NCBI GenBank assembly: GCA_964016885.1
Contig: OZ024740.1
Coordinates: 242,420,001-242,484,000 of the forward strand
Direction of reading: 5' to 3'
Source: Eledone cirrhosa
Lineage: Eukaryota
Length of the DNA: 64,000 nucleotides
The first letter of the stretch is position 1. Each line of letters starts with the position of its first letter. Both the position numbers and the translations under genes were made by a program. Below are positions 23,890 to 38,386 of this stretch, in pieces. The notes under the pieces are model-generated. The model was not told the DNA's origin. It saw only the letters and a program-made list of their open reading frames with translations, and did no database searches.

Positions 23890-24056
23890 ACGGGGTAGTT
23901 TCTATAAAGTTGTTCAGCCTGCTAGAAATAGCAACCAAATTTCCATATCACACTCTACTGTCTTAAATAAAGAAAAAGAAAGACTCACTGGTTAATGTAG
24001 TCCTCGATATAAAAAGATGAGATGAACATGAGCTAACCTGGGGCTAAACAACAATT
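23890..24056 (+). mobile_element. Interspersed repeat family C with (ACA)n-like tail (also 22408-23165, 24595-24740, 37750-37947, 48065-48260, 54930-55116, 57890-58050 minus)
   Basis: Recurrent ctgctagaaatagcagccaaat...ctgacctggggctaaacaacaa. Confidence 0.75.
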
Positions 24057-24109
24057 AATACCAAACATTTTCTTTTTGGGGAGGGGGTTCATACTTGTGG
24101 GGCATGTTT

Positions 24110-24390
24110 ACATGACTTAGAAGTAGGAATGTTTGGCTCCCAATCATAAAATAATTTCGATATCTGGACTGAGCAGTGTGTTATATCCTTTAGCACGAGA
24201 CTTTATTTCATAATGTTCCAGTCCATTCAGCTGGCAAAAATCAGTTGTACCGGTAATTCAAGGAGCCAGCTTTGTTACACATTGTGTCATGCTGAATCTC
24301 CCTGAGAATTACATTAAGTGTCTGTGGCATACTCAGCCACTTACGCATTACTTTCACAAGCAGGCAGTTCCATTGACAGAACACAGGACA
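24110..24390 (+). mobile_element. CORE-type SINE, tail type ii
   Basis: Degenerate tRNA head, actttatttcataatgttccagtccattcagctg, tail shared with 2770-2955. Confidence 0.7.
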
Positions 24391-24824
24391 TTTGGCAAAA
24401 ATTTAATGTGATTTCATATTGAAACACTATTTTTTCTTTAATATGACCTAAGCTAAGAACAACAGAGACTAACACCCATCATAATTTGAATATGAGAACA
24501 CTGTACAATGAAAGACTCCAATCAAGAAATACTGATATTAGTCACAATACAAATAAAGTTTACTTAATTGAACAATATAGTAGGAAATAAGTCCTTAGGA
24601 GAGCGTCTACATGGCCAATCTACTTTCTAAAAACAGCAGCCAAATCTCCTTCAAAGCACATGTTAGATAATGTAGACATAGATGTACTATGACCCAATAA
24701 AAGATGGTGTGCTTAAGGCAGACATGAAGTTATAACAGCAATAAAGAAAATGTGAATGAATGAGTGAAAAAAAAGGTCATGATTTTGATTCAAATGCATT
24801 TATATTTAAATAAAAATATGCATA

Positions 24825-24826
<2 letters not shown>

Positions 24827-24888
<62 letters not shown>
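24827..24888. repeat. (GT)n(AT)n microsatellite
   Basis: Direct reading. Confidence 0.95.
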
Positions 24889-25157
24889 GTGAAGGTGCGT
24901 GGCCTAGCGTTTAAGTATTGAATTTTAGATCATAATGTCATGGGTACAATTTTGGACCAGGTGTCATAATGTGTTGTTGAACAAACCACTTCATTTCATG
25001 TTGTTCCAGTACACTTAGCTGAAAATAATTACTAGCAGAAGCTAGGGGTTAACCATATGATGGACTGGCATCCTGTCCAGGGAAATGTCTTGCATTTTCA
25101 GTTGCTTAATCAGAGACAAGCACCAGCCTAAAGAGTCTGATGGCTTGGGACAGTTTT
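24889..25157 (+). mobile_element. CORE-type SINE with V-SINE-like segment
   Basis: gtgaaggtgcgtggcctag head, CORE, gatggactggcatcctgtccaggg. Confidence 0.75.
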
Positions 25158-26089
25158 AACATATATTATATATATATATATGTATACGTGTATGTATCTG
25201 ATGATCCACTATATGTTGAAACTGATGCTTCTTAAATAACAATTTTGGGTGTCTTTCACAGTGTAATAAACCTGTTGCTTTCTGCTCCATATTTCTTTCA
25301 CACTCTGAACAAAATCTCTCATCAATTGAGAAGACTAGAACTTTTTTACTGTTTAATGTCTATTTTCCATGCTTGCATAGCCTTAAATGGCTGTCTCATG
25401 CTGAAACCAGACCACTTTATAGCATGTTTCTATGGCTGGATGCCCTTCCTTACATCAACCACTTTACAGCAAGTATTGGGAGCATGGTTTCTATAGCTGG
25501 ATGCCTTTCCTAACACCAACCACTTTACAGGATTAGAGTGGAGAGAGACACGTGGTTTGCCATCCTTTTTGTGCTGCTTCATTCCACTAGCATTGGAAGG
25601 CAAGGTTATTTGCCATTAAAAATTGATCAGCAATCATACATATATCTCCCCAAAGTAGAAGAAAAACAAAGAATAAGATACTTTGCTGCAATATTCAACA
25701 CATAGCTGACAAAGAAATCACAGCTGTTGATGCTTTTCTATAACACCTACTAGAATCACAGATTTACATAAGCTTCTGGAGTGACTCAGTTATGGTATTA
25801 TGTCAAATCTAAGAACTTGTAATTTTCTTTAAAAGATGTTAAAAATCTTGCAACGAATGTATGACATGCTGAAGCTGAATATATGTGTGAGTAGTAATCC
25901 AGTAGCAATCAGATTATTTAAGAGGAAATTATTACAACTCCAACACTCAATTTCCGTTATTTAATAAGGATCTGGAAAGATCATCAGTGAATGTTATGGA
26001 ACCTTTATTGCGACTTCCACTCAAAGTGTATTATGGTATCAAAGTGTATTATGGCAGCCGGCCATTTGCAATAAAATGGACACAATACA

Positions 26090-26939
26090 CATGTGCTTCA
26101 AATAATAAAGTTTAGCTAAATAAAACAATTTATTCCCTGTAGCTGTTTCTTGTTACATATATTAAAAGATGATGATGTATATACATTAGTTGTAAGGCAC
26201 AAGACAACAACAGTAATCTATACATATGGCCAACAATCAGAAATGACAGATGAAAAAAAAAAGGTCTTCTTGTCAAATTGGGAAGTCTGCTACAGAGACA
26301 CTGAGCATGCTTCGGCAATTGGTTGTACACAATGTTTCGAGTGGCATGGGATGGGTGCTTCAAAAGCAGAAGAACATCCCTGAAAGATGACAAGTGATCT
26401 GGAAAACCTACAACAAGCATCAAACCTGGAAATGTGGAGAAAATTAATCAGCATGTGCATGAGGATTGTCGGAAGCCAATCAACGATATTGCTGATGTTT
26501 TGAGGCATTTGAGAGAGGATATTCAGTGAAAGTGACCGGATCTGTGGAGCATGAAGAATTGGATTCTTCACAATGACAATGTACCCTGTCATCGAGCTCT
26601 CCTCACTCACAAATTTCTCACCAAAAACAACATTGTATCACTTCTGCACCCACCCTATTCACCAGATTTAGCACCTGCGGACTTCCATCTCTTCTCCAAT
26701 CTGAAAATGCAGCTCAAAGGTTGCCATTTTAACACCGTTGCCAAGATCCAGAGTGAATCACAGAAGGTCCTTGATTTGCTTATGGAAAACGACTTCCTGG
26801 CTGTATTCCTAGTGGCAGGAATGCTGGGACTGGTGTATTGCTGCACAAGGTGACTATTTCGAAGGAGATGACTTAGGTATATATTAGTTGTTTTTTTTTA
26901 AACATAACTAGTACAGGAACTTTTTGATACCACCTCATA
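26090..26939 (+). mobile_element. Degenerate mariner (DD34D-type) transposon
   Basis: WILHNDNVPCH...HPPYSPDLAPADFHLF...LKG. Right TIR-like ggaactttttgataccacctcaTA. Stops and deletions. Confidence 0.9.
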
Positions 26940-26959
26940 CTAAGTAATGAAAGTAGAAG

Positions 26960-28070
26960 AAAGTTACTAATTCAGAAGAGAATTATCTTGGATGAGATGC
27001 AGTTTAGGTTTGTGCCAGGAAAAGGTATGACCAATGTCATCTTTCTATGAAGACAACTACAGAAGTTTGTAGCTAAGAGTGAGCCACTATACTTAGCATC
27101 TGTTGACTTAAAGAAGGCCTTTGACTTAAGAGAACTAGATGTGAATGAATGACAGGTGAGAGCTATGCAAGCCATGTACAAAGATGTAAGCAAAGTGAGA
27201 TTGAACAACAAGTTCAGCAAAGAATTTAGCATCAAGCATCAGTTCTCATCCTCCTTCTGTTTATTATAGTTTTCCAGATCATAACAGACAAGTTTAAGAC
27301 ATGCTGTCCATTGAAACTTCTGTATGCTGATGGCCTAAATCACATAGCTGAATCTGTTGAAGAATTAAAGAAAAAATTCCAAATATGGAAACAAAGCATA
27401 AAATAGAGAGCCCTGGAAGTAAACTTAGCAAAAATAGTTTTAGCAGAAAATAAAACAGGACTGCCATATCAGGTGTGGCCATGGTCAATACGCAGAAAAG
27501 GAGTAGATAGGAACTCTGTAATATGTTCCAAATATAGACTATAGGTGCACAAGATGCAGTAATTTCACAAAGCAGAAAATATTATTCACATAATAAGAGC
27601 ACAAGGAGTGTTAGCAGTAGGAATCAATTGAATAAATTACCAGTCCAAGATGATGGATTGGCAGAATTGTAGTATATTGGACAAGAGTTCAAACCCCTTT
27701 GTGGCTTACTTGTGTGGTAGGCCTAATCCATAGCCCAGTTTAACACAACCACCTGACCATTGTGTGTCTTTGGTAGAGCCTATTCTGTTGCAAGTATTCA
27801 GGCTAGTTCTCCAATTTGAGAAGACAGTTCCTTCCCACCAGTCTCTGAGATCTTGAAAAGAGCCATGGGCACAGCCCTTCCCCACTTGACTAAATACTAT
27901 AAAACAAAACCTTTAAAAGGACCCTTTTGAATACATAGAGACTCCCAAGATGCAGTTAGCAATTTCTGTTACCTGGATGACCTATTTAGTAATCAAACCA
28001 ACAGCTCTGAAAGCATAGTAGCCAGGATAACAAAAGGGTGGAGAAGGCTAAAGGAACTATTACCATTGAA
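26960..28070 (+). mobile_element. Degenerate RTE RT fragment interrupted by SINE 27650-27910
   Basis: LDEMQFRFVPGKGMTNVIF, LYLASVDLKKAFD, LLYADG, FCYLDD, GWRRLKELLPL. Confidence 0.85.
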
Positions 28071-28399
28071 TGTATGTGTGTATGGGTGCACATGTGCATG
28101 TGGTTTTGTCAAATGAAGATCAATGGAAAAAGTAATATACTTAAACATAAAAATATGTTGGCACCAGGAAAATAAGAACATGTTAGCATCAGGAAAGGCA
28201 TCCAGCAATAGAATATTGCCTCAAAAAGTCTCTACTAAACCATACCATACTTCAGAGTAACAGAGTACTCACTCAACCTTAATAAAAAAAAAAAACTACA
28301 CACACACACACCACCACCACCACCATCATCCTCATCATCATCATTGTGGACCACATAGAAAACAGGTTGTTATAAGAGACAGAAAGAAAAATTTACATG

Positions 28400-28870
28400 A
28401 CCTTTAAGTTGGTATGCCAATGTGTAAAGAACACTGCTGATTGTGAATGGTGCAGAAGTTATGCAATGTTGGAGCATGCTAGTCATCCTGAGCATGTGTA
28501 GAGTATGCTTGGTAGCATAGCAAAGTAGTAAGTATTGGTGCTGATGCACTAAAATAGCAATGAAATACTGTCAATGCAATGAGATTCAACATTAAGTTGC
28601 ACCACGTTGTCCTCCATAAGAGAGAAAGAACAATGTAGGAGCGTAAACAAGGGGAAACCAAAACGCAGACTTCTGAATGATTACAAATTGCAGGTTGATT
28701 AAGAGGTGGCTGTGTTTCCAAAACGTATTGCAACAATAAAGCAATCCCCTGACTTTATGGCATGGTCTAATTTTACAGAAAGAGTCCTGATAGTTGAGTT
28801 GTCAGTGCTTTGGTGAGGCAATATAAAGTTAGGCAAATGAAAAGAGGAGCCCAAAGTATGATAGGCTTTG
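28400..28870 (+). mobile_element. Relic of a restriction-like-endonuclease non-LTR retrotransposon (HERO/NeSL-like C-terminus)
   Basis: HILSMC-like knuckle remnant and AVFPKRIATIKQSPDFMAWSNFTERVLIVELSVLW*GN (PD...VELxVPWE pattern). Confidence 0.65.
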
Positions 28871-28876
28871 AGAATT

Positions 28877-29074
28877 ACAATATATACTCGAATATAAGCC
28901 AACTACACTATTTTATGTCTGAGAAATGGGCAAAAATCCAAACCTTATTTACATAGAATTTAAAGTTGGTGAAAATCGCCAAAATATTGACCTTGAACAT
29001 TGGCCTACCCCACCCCTTTCTAACATTGACTTTTTGGTCACATATTCCATGGCTTATATTTAAGTATATACAAT
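28877..29074 (+). mobile_element. Tc2/pogo-like MITE
   Basis: TIRs tatatactcgaatataagcc / ggcttatatttaagtatata. Confidence 0.75.
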
Positions 29075-30799
29075 ACATAAGACATGAGGATAGCAGTTTA
29101 TTGTGCTTCCAATAGAGATAGGATGGGTTTACAGCTAGATCCTCAATGTCTTTGATGACATAGCCTCTTATGATATATGGATCGTCTGTTTCATGCTAAC
29201 TTATCACTGATAGCTTTACATTCTTCAATTTTTTACAATAACAAAGCTTAGTGTTTAATAGCAATAAGTTTGTCTGTGAATGTCTTTCATCAGTAGTTCC
29301 AAAATCATTTTGATAGTCTATCAAAGTCATAGCTGGTAGCTCATGAATTCGTTATTCATTTTGCATTTTATGATAGTATTCAATCGTCTGATATATTTCC
29401 TGAGTCTTTTGATGTTCTCCTTTGGGGAGGGGGGGGGGGGGATAATTCATTAGGGTTATGTGTTATTTTTTTAATCTATCTCTTACTTTCATCCGTTAGT
29501 GAATTGTAACTAGGACCTTCGATATCCAAAAGCTGAGAATGTGTGCTAGGTGTTCTCTCTCAATGTCATTAATTGCACAGGATCGATAAAATAAAGTACC
29601 AGTAATGTACTGGGTATTTGCTGGCCTTGTGCCAAAAGTAGAAACAATTAATTGCAGATAACAGCAAGTCAGTAGGTTTTTTTATCACCTCATGTCAGTA
29701 ACCTTCTCTCATATAGTTCCTTATGTAGTGAAAATAGTGAAATTTTATTTAAATCCCAATGTGAGTTGTACTTCGAGTGATTGGTTTGTTTTCTTTTATT
29801 TATTTCTATATCTTCATAAGTTTGTCTGTATAATGGCAGTTGTAGTTTATTGCTTTAGTTTTTCACGATTTTCTTGTGAGAAGAGTCTTTTGGGCTGCTG
29901 ACACTTTTATTTGCTGTGCATATTTGACAATTGTTTTTGCTTGGTAAGGCAGCCTATTTCTTTTCCAAGAACATGGCTTAGTTCGCAGTACATTTATAGT
30001 AAATTAATATTTTGCATCCCAGTATTTCTCTATTCATTTCATACAGCCAATTGATGGATCCTCCCTAGCCTTTTTAATAATTTTGGGATAGGTCTTCATT
30101 TAATTCAAAGGTCTCCTGGAACCTCTCAAACATTCTGTGACTTGCAATAGCTAACCCTGGGTTCCTGTCTTACTGTGGCATATGCAGTAGCAATATCCCA
30201 TGTGTTTATGCATCTCTTTGATTTTGCTGCTTTAATTTTGCTGTAGGCATTCAAAGATAGCCCATTTTTTTAACCATGCTTGCAGCTAAAATTGTTTAAC
30301 ATTTTTTTCTTTTCTTTTTTTTTTCTTTCAGCTAAAATCTAAGGACATACATAAACCAACTAAACATTGAAGAGAGTACAGGTATGTACAGGTATGGCAT
30401 AATTAGTTATGGATCTGTAGATCACACCCAGCTATTCAGAAGACTATTTATATACAAATAATGTATAGTATGTGAAAGAACGAGTAGTCCATTATGTTGA
30501 CCTGGCTGTATTCAACACAATTATATGTATGTATATAAAGGTTGAAAATGAAAAGTTAGTTTGTATAAGTAACATAATTCTATAGGAGAAACATTCAAGT
30601 GTTTAGTCATCATCAACCTTACTTTAATGATTTCTATTCATCAAACTGCTAAGTAACAGGACTTAACCCTTTACCATTTAAACTGGCCATATCCAGCCAG
30701 AATTTTCTCACCTCTTTCTGTTCAAACCAGCTGTAACCAGCTGGATGCTTTTCCTAACATCAATCACTTTATAGATTGCACTGAAAGCACTTCCATATA

Positions 30800-30940
30800 T
30801 ACAACTGGCTTCTGCACAGTTTCAGACAAACAAATTCCACTCACAAGGCTACAGTAGAAAACATTTGCCCAAGTTGCTATGCAGTAGGATTAAACCCAGA
30901 ACTACATGGTTGAGAAATGAACTTCTTAACCACAACTATT
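30800..30940 (-). mobile_element. Older tRNA/CORE SINE (also 34495-34650)
   Basis: caaattccactcacaaggc...acatttgcccaag...gattaaaccc...cttaaccac. Confidence 0.7.
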
Positions 30941-32053
30941 TAAAATGCATCTTTGAACAGTACTGAAAATAATTATTGTCAACTGAATTCAGCATTAGTA
31001 CTGACTAAATATGTTTGGAAAATATCTTGATAGTAACTTTAATTGAAATGACAAAGTATGAAGATAACAGAACCAATATATCAAATATATATTGTTATAC
31101 GTTTTTTGTGGGGAGTCATGCTGCCAATAAAAACACATGCACTAGTCGAATTTCACTATGGGTTTATTATTAATTAAGTAACTAATTGTTTCATTGGTTG
31201 GTTTAGAAACTAGATAGTTATTTGATTGTTAAATCTCTTTCATCACACATTCAGTGACTTGTTTAATGACTATATATAGTGTTTGCTAGCAAGGTAAGTG
31301 GATGATAAACGATGTTAATGATGAGAAAAAAAAACTTTCCAGTATATCAAAGTATTGAAATACTCCAATTGACTCAGCATGTAATATCTATTTTGTAAAC
31401 ACAAACCTCACCATCCTTACACAAACCTCATGATTTTTACAACACAAGTTTACTATTCACACCTCCATTTTACAGCTAAAGTCTAAAGACATATATAAAC
31501 TGAGTGAACACTGAAGAGTATACATTCCCAGACTGATTACCCTACAGCACATATAGTAACCACTTTATGTTATAATGTACAGGTATGGTATAATTAGAGT
31601 TATGGATCTGTAGATGACACCCAGCTGCTCAGCTGACTACTTATGTACAAAATATCTCCTAGATCAAGACTGATGTGGGGCCACAAAACATCAACTTCCT
31701 ATACATTACAAACAAAAATCTACTGCCTAAATCTAGCTATTTATATAATCAAGGTGCTGCTAAGCACTAATACATATATCAAATATGAGATTTATCTCTC
31801 ATCACTTAACACTATAAAACTATAGTTAAAATCTGCTATCCTGAAGGATATATTTACCTACTGTCTTCGGTTCTAGTTGTATCAGACATCATTTGTTAGA
31901 GAAGACAAAAAGATAGATAGTTATTAGATGCTCTGATACTGAATTTGATATTACAATAGAACACAGATAGGAGAAAACTCTGGCTTCAACAGTAGGTTTT
32001 CTTCAATAGCTGAAATATCCCTTACCTGCATTCTAAACTTAAATTTACAATGA

Positions 32054-32313
32054 TTAACCCTTTCATTGTCATATTTCTGATAAAATACACTTAGTTTGAA
32101 TTAATCAATCAAGAATTAGGATGGATTTATTAAATTTATTTCAATTATTAAGATGTTATTTGTAACATAACAAAATGTTTTTTTATATGAAATCATGTTG
32201 GGAGATTTTGATTTAAATAAGAATATTATAAACGGATGATTTTTGTTCCGTAGAACCAAAGGCGGTTTTGAGCAGGTTAGTATGGAAAGATTTAAAAGTA
32301 CCAAAAATGTTAA
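32054..32313 (+). mobile_element. MITE family 2
   Basis: ttaaccctttcattgtcatatttc start, tagaaccaaaggcggttttgagcagg near end. Confidence 0.7.
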
Positions 32314-33037
32314 CATTTTTTGAAGCTAACATGCTTGGCAATTAAATTAGGTACTCTCATTACATCCTCTTAAGTAGGCAATTTCAAAATTGAAAATAAC
32401 TAATTTTACTTTGAACAAGTGAAATGATAAACTATATATTTCACAATCTGGGAAATTCATTTTTTTCCCTTCTTTTCTTGCAAATAAATGTATATGGAAA
32501 AGAGCATTCAGTAACTTTCAAGAAAAATAAGAAATAAATTTAATTTACAGATCAAAAATGTAAGTGTTTTTCTAGACAGCCATAGTTTTGATATGTAAGA
32601 TAAATTCTAAAGCTATTTGTAAAAATGAAATAAAAAAGTGTTACAAATCAATAAACAATTAGCATTTTAATGCTATGTATAAAGATCAATAAACTCAACT
32701 TACTTTTTACTTATTATTTTCATCAGTTTTATAAAACACTTTTATCATTTGACATGTTATATTCTTGTGGTGAGGTTTCTTACAATAACCTATCACGGAT
32801 GTACTTTCATCTAATGCTTGGGTTTTCTAACAGCTTTCATGAAATTATAGAGCCAATAAAGCACACTAAGAAGAAACACTGACTGTACCACTATAGTATT
32901 ATGGATTGCTAACACAGTAAAGGAATACCTAATAACTAGCTTCATTATTCTGCTCTAGAATTTAATTTGAAGCTAATCAAATAGCCATAAGCAACCTTTG
33001 AATAAACACGGAAAACAAATATTTCAGCTAAAAATAC

Positions 33038-33083
33038 CTGAATATATTTTCAAGGCTTTGGAAAGATACCAGATCGCATCAAC
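33038..33083 (-). CDS. Candidate exon VDAIWYLSKALKIYS
   Basis: Acceptor aaacattacag, donor CAG|gtattt, open frame. Linkage to the downstream gene is unproven. Confidence 0.3.
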
Positions 33084-34075
33084 CTGTAATGTTTATAGAA
33101 CACTAATAAAATACTGCTAGACCCCCAAAATAAGTGTATCAGACTAAAAATAACCATTCTTAAAACCAAGACAAGACTTCCATCTGCAAAGTTTTACTTT
33201 TATTAATTGGATCAAACTGATTTAAAGAAATCTAATTTTAACTCCACATTCTAAGGTGTCTGATTTAAGTTGCACTTGACCTATAATAGTACTGCTACTA
33301 CACAACAATTTAGAAATTCAAGTAGCTTCTGAAATACGAACATTCATAAATTGATATGAATGGAATAGAAGATATAGAGTTGCTGCATCTAAACAAAACA
33401 ACAAGTTAAAAAGAAAACAAACAGAAAAGAGGTATTAGTTGTAAAGATAATCTTTTAACATAAAAAAAACATTCTTTTGAAAGCTAGTTTATGTTAGATC
33501 ATTCTAAAAATTCAGACATTTGACAGAGTTCTTGCCCTTCGTAATACCAACCCCTCAAACAAATAGAAAAATGACTTGATTTAAAAACAGAATTCAGTAC
33601 CTATTCCTCATGTTTAAATTCAATAACGAAGCATGATAATTACTCATTCTTTCATCTGGCTCTCTAACAACTCAGTAACTTCCTCTCTGCAACATATATA
33701 TGAAAAGAAAATACAAAGTAAAAAAAAGATCAGCATCAGCTTTAAACCTGTAACTCCTGGTGGAGTTGTCGAGCAGCCATAGTGACATATGCTATTTCTT
33801 GGGCCTTTCTTGGGCATTTTTAGTCCATCCCTCTCAAGGTTTGAACATAGCCAATTTCTTCCAAAGAAGAAAGAGGGGGAGGAAAGTGAGAAAGAGATAT
33901 AAGTGAACTGACCCCAATACTCAATTGGTACCTTTTTTTATCAACCTCGAAAGGATGAAAAGCAAAGTTGACTTCAGCAAGATTTGAACATTATCGCTGC
34001 TGGTGTTTATAAATGGTGTTAATAAGGCATTTTGACAGTGAGTGGCATACACACACACACACATATATATATATA

Positions 34076-34413
34076 TCATCATCATCACCGTTTTACGTCC
34101 ATTTTCCCACGCTAGCATGGGTTAGAGAGGTTGTCCTGTTGTGCACAATGCCAGGTCAGATGACTATGTCTTGCTCATACAGAACTGATTTTGGCTTGAT
34201 TTTTACAGCTGGATGCCCTTCCTAACACCAACCTCATTTACAGTGAGTGTTGGGTGCTTTTTTACCGTGGCGTCTACATGTCCACTTTATAGTGTGGGCT
34301 GGGTGATTTTTGTCATAATACCTACACGACCACTTTACGGTGGAAGGGGGTGGGGGCATACATGTCTATATGCTTCAGCTTCGGCTTTTACCTGTGGGAT
34401 GTCAGGTCTTCTG
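34076..34413 (-). mobile_element. RTE long 3' UTR only, flanked by (TA)n
   Basis: Aligns to 5145-5475 and to the reverse of 56667-57090. Confidence 0.85.
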
Positions 34414-35044
34414 TATATATGTATATATATATATAAATGTGTGTGCGTATGTGTGTATGTGTGTGTGTGTGCATATACATATTCACATACACGCACAGTT
34501 AGTTTCTATCTACGAAATTCCCTCACAAAACATTGATCAACCCGGGGCTATAGGAAGAGAGACTTGTTCACGGTGCCACGCAATGGGACAGATCCCAAAA
34601 CCATGTGGTTCCAGAGCAAATGTCTTAACCACGAAGCTATGACTGTGTCTCATACAAAGAATAGATGACTACCAACACAATACATTGTAGTACTGAAACC
34701 AAGTACTAGATTTACATCAAAGGAGATAAACTTATGAATTAAAACAGTATCTTTAATGAGTTTTTAAGCTTTTTGTTTTTATTTTGGTTTGTTTCTGTTT
34801 TTGTTTTGTTTTTTTTTTTGTTTGATTGTTTTTAATAAAAACTAAGAGATGATAATTCTTCAATCAATTAAAATTTGATGGGAACAAAAAACAGATATAA
34901 TCAATATAGATAACACTACCAGCTGAAATTTAATCTTTCAAATTTCCATTATCCACTCACTGACCACAACAAAGATTTAGTTAACCTTTATGTTTTTACA
35001 TTTCTTTATGACATGATGGGAAAAAACAGCTACCTATAAAGCTA

Positions 35045-35175
35045 ATGATGATAAAGATGATGATCTTTATGATAATGATGATGATGATGATGGTGATGGT
35101 GGTAACGATGAAGATGATGTTTATGATAGTGATGATGATGATGATGATGATAGGTGGTGGTGGCAGTGATGATGT
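35045..35175. repeat. Degenerate (GAT)n/(GGT)n microsatellite
   Basis: Direct reading. Confidence 0.9.
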
Positions 35176-35317
35176 CAAGCTCAAAATATAATACAAAGAA
35201 TAATGAATCTGATATCCAAGTTCTATTGATTTAATTCTATGTCAGAAAATTAAATCAACAATACTTTGGCTTATCTTTTCACTATTTAAACATTAAATGC
35301 TCCAACAGAACTGGGAT

Positions 35318-35653
35318 ATCATCATCATTTTACGTCCGCTTTTCCCTGCTTGCAAGGGTGGGATGGGAACTGATTCTGGCTTGATTTCTACAGCTGGATG
35401 CCCTTCCTAACACCAACCTCATTTACAGTGAGTGCTGGGTGCTTTTTTTTGCCGTGGCACCTCCACGACCACTTTGCAGTGGAATGATAGGGACCCCAGT
35501 CCCTATCATCTCATTTCTACAGCTGAGTAAACTGGAGCAATGTGAAATAAAGTGTCTTGCTCAAGGAAACAACACATCACCCGGTCTGAGAATTGAACTC
35601 ACAACCTTTCGATTGCAAGGCCAATGCTCTAACCATTAAGCCATGTGCCTCCA
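35318..35653 (-). mobile_element. Full-length CORE-type SINE with one pseudoknot unit and RTE-type tail
   Basis: tRNA head, CORE, gtcgtggaggtgccacgg unit, ggttggtgttaggaagggcatccagctgtag, (GAT)n. Confidence 0.9.
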
Positions 35654-36571
35654 TCAGATTCATTATTCATTGTATTATCTTATTTTAAAATTGACATTAT
35701 ATATCATCATCATCATCAGTTTTAGAGATGCTTTTTCCATTTGAGACAGTATGTTATGCCTGGATGCACTTCCTGATGCCAAATTTTACCTATCTTGTAA
35801 AGCAAGTTACTAGTCTTTACCGCATGACAAGTTTATGCTGAACTTAAACAAATGTCACCACTTGTGCAAGCTGTGTCAAATGCAAAGTGAAAAAAACATG
35901 TACGTATCCATGTGAGTGTGTGTGTATATATATATAAGGAAATATATATATATATATATATCCTTATAAAAAGGAAGTTTGTTAGTACGTTGACTGCTAA
36001 TAGCACTAAATAAAATTGATAATAATTAAGGTTTTTCATGCGTTTTCAACTAATATTATTCAATTTGTTTGCAAGCAAACAGCCTCATTATTGAATATAA
36101 AACTCACGAATGCATTTACATATCCACTATGGTAGAGCAAAAATACAAAATTCTAATTTTGTTTTTAATTTTTGCAAAGCCAGCTGTAAAATCGCTTGGT
36201 ATGAATTGGAACATGAGTGGTCGTTTAGCTCAACTAGGATTTGAGATATAGAGAGTTTGATTCTCTATAGCAGCTGCTATAGAGGTATTTTACCCAATTT
36301 TCTAAAGCTGTTTTCAATGCTATTTCCTGCATTTGAGATTTACTACATTTATAAACATATATGACAATGATTTTTTTTAATTTACCCCATGGCTACAATT
36401 TTCCTAGAAAGAGATTTACATCATTAATTTTATCAAATCCATGAGGATGGAAAGCAAAGATGACTATGACAGGATTTGAAATTTGAGCGTCAATGTTCCT
36501 ATCAAAATAACGCAAGGCATTTTTATTTTAGACCAACACTCTGCTGATGCTACTGTCTTTTGTATAATCTA

Positions 36572-36758
36572 ATAATTGTTTCTACTTTTGGCACAAGGCC
36601 AGCAATGACCCAGTGCATTACTGGTACTTTATTTTATCAACCCCGTAAGGATGAAAGACAAAGTTAACCTCGGTGAGATTTGAACTGAGAATGGAAAGGG
36701 CCGTAACTCTATGCGCCAAAGCATGGTGTCCGACCCTCTACCGATACTGCCAATCCAC
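36572..36758 (-). mobile_element. Meta-type SINE
   Basis: Near-identical to 15532-15713. Confidence 0.9.
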
Positions 36759-38386
36759 CAACTAGAAATTGAATCAATGTTAGCATATGCAATATACTTA
36801 TTTTAATGATATGGTATTCAAATTCACAACATAGATGGCCAAAACTAATCTCATAAACACATTTGGTTTTGAAATAAGAAATAAAAGTACATTAAACTTC
36901 AATAATAACAACCATACTGTCTCAAAGATATATAATCACCAACAGTATTTTTGATGTGTTGTTACATAGGACCAAATCTCATTTGATCAGCCAAATAACT
37001 AGGTGTGACCTTCAGATCTAACGTTCTAGCACCTAGCTGAGAACAATACTACATACTCTGACATGTAGTGGTTAATTGTATGTAATGCAGTTTTGCAATC
37101 TGAACATGAACTCTTTCCACTCTCCAGTCTATTTCTGTATGCCTGTCAATTCTAGTAGTGATGACAACAGAGACAGACAAGGTGGTTTCAGTCAAAGTGC
37201 AACAGCTGTTGCTCCTCTATATATAATATTGGTAATGTTTATCCAAGAATTATGTTTAAGCTAATGAAGCTTTTGATGCTGCAAGTATTTTAGATTGCAT
37301 GTGTCTTTTTCTTATATAATTGTCTGGACTTAGTGGGAGAGACAGTGTTTTTAGTATATTAGTATGGCAGTGTATTAGTGTTCTGAGAACTCGTAAATGT
37401 ATCTGAGATCACTGAACTAAGATGACCCCAGAAGATGAAGGTGATTTTGGATGTAGTGGCAGAAACTAGGGTGATTTGCGTCTGCTGCTTCAATGAGTCA
37501 TTTAAACTGAGAACAGTTTTAACACTTTATCTCAACCTTAATAAGTAAAGAAGAGGGATTAGCAATTTTTATCCGTATCAATTAAGATTAAATACATCCA
37601 ACTATATGCACGCGACTATATTGATGTAAATATTTCTTCTTTTAAAAATTGAGATTGAAATTAAAGACAAAATCAATATATAATAAAGAGAACATTATTA
37701 TTAATGAACAGAAAAAGATATAACTATATTTGACAATTAGCCAACCAAGAAGTGTCTATGTAGTCACTTTCCTGATAAAAAATAGCAGCCAAGCAAAATA
37801 TCCCTCAAAATACACCCTACTGACTCTCTGAATAATGTAATCCAGAATACACTGTTGCTAAAGAGGAGATGGAATGAGTTACGGCTGCAATATCTTTTAT
37901 CACAGGTCTTCTTAATCAGGGCTGACCTCGAGCTAAACAACAACAACTATCTGTGAATATTTATTTATAATATACAAAAGAAATATAGCAATATAAAAAC
38001 AACTTCATTTTCCATCCTATGTACCAAAAGATATGCTACTGCAGTTTATACTTTTAGTATAGGGTCACACTTGCTAGATAGGTAAATATCTAGAAGTTGG
38101 CCATATATAAACTATATTGGTTGAGTAGCTAGAGGAAATTCCTCAAACCAAAATAACCATCATATAGCAACTTTTACAAAACAGCTTATTTAAAAACCTT
38201 ATCTTCTGTATAATATTTACATATATTAACAATATTCTTTTCAACAGAGTATTTGAGCTACATCATTTCAACAACAACAAAAATAAAAATAATGTTGAAA
38301 CTAAATATTTCTACATTCACACACATGAATGTAAATCTGCTCAAATCACAAAAGGCAGCCACAAGTTTCAAACTCAAAACCTACAC

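Noticed and set aside
25195-25240. CTGATGA...GAAAC hammerhead-like spacing
   Set aside because: Stem II does not pair and there is no convincing stem I/III or cleavage triplet.
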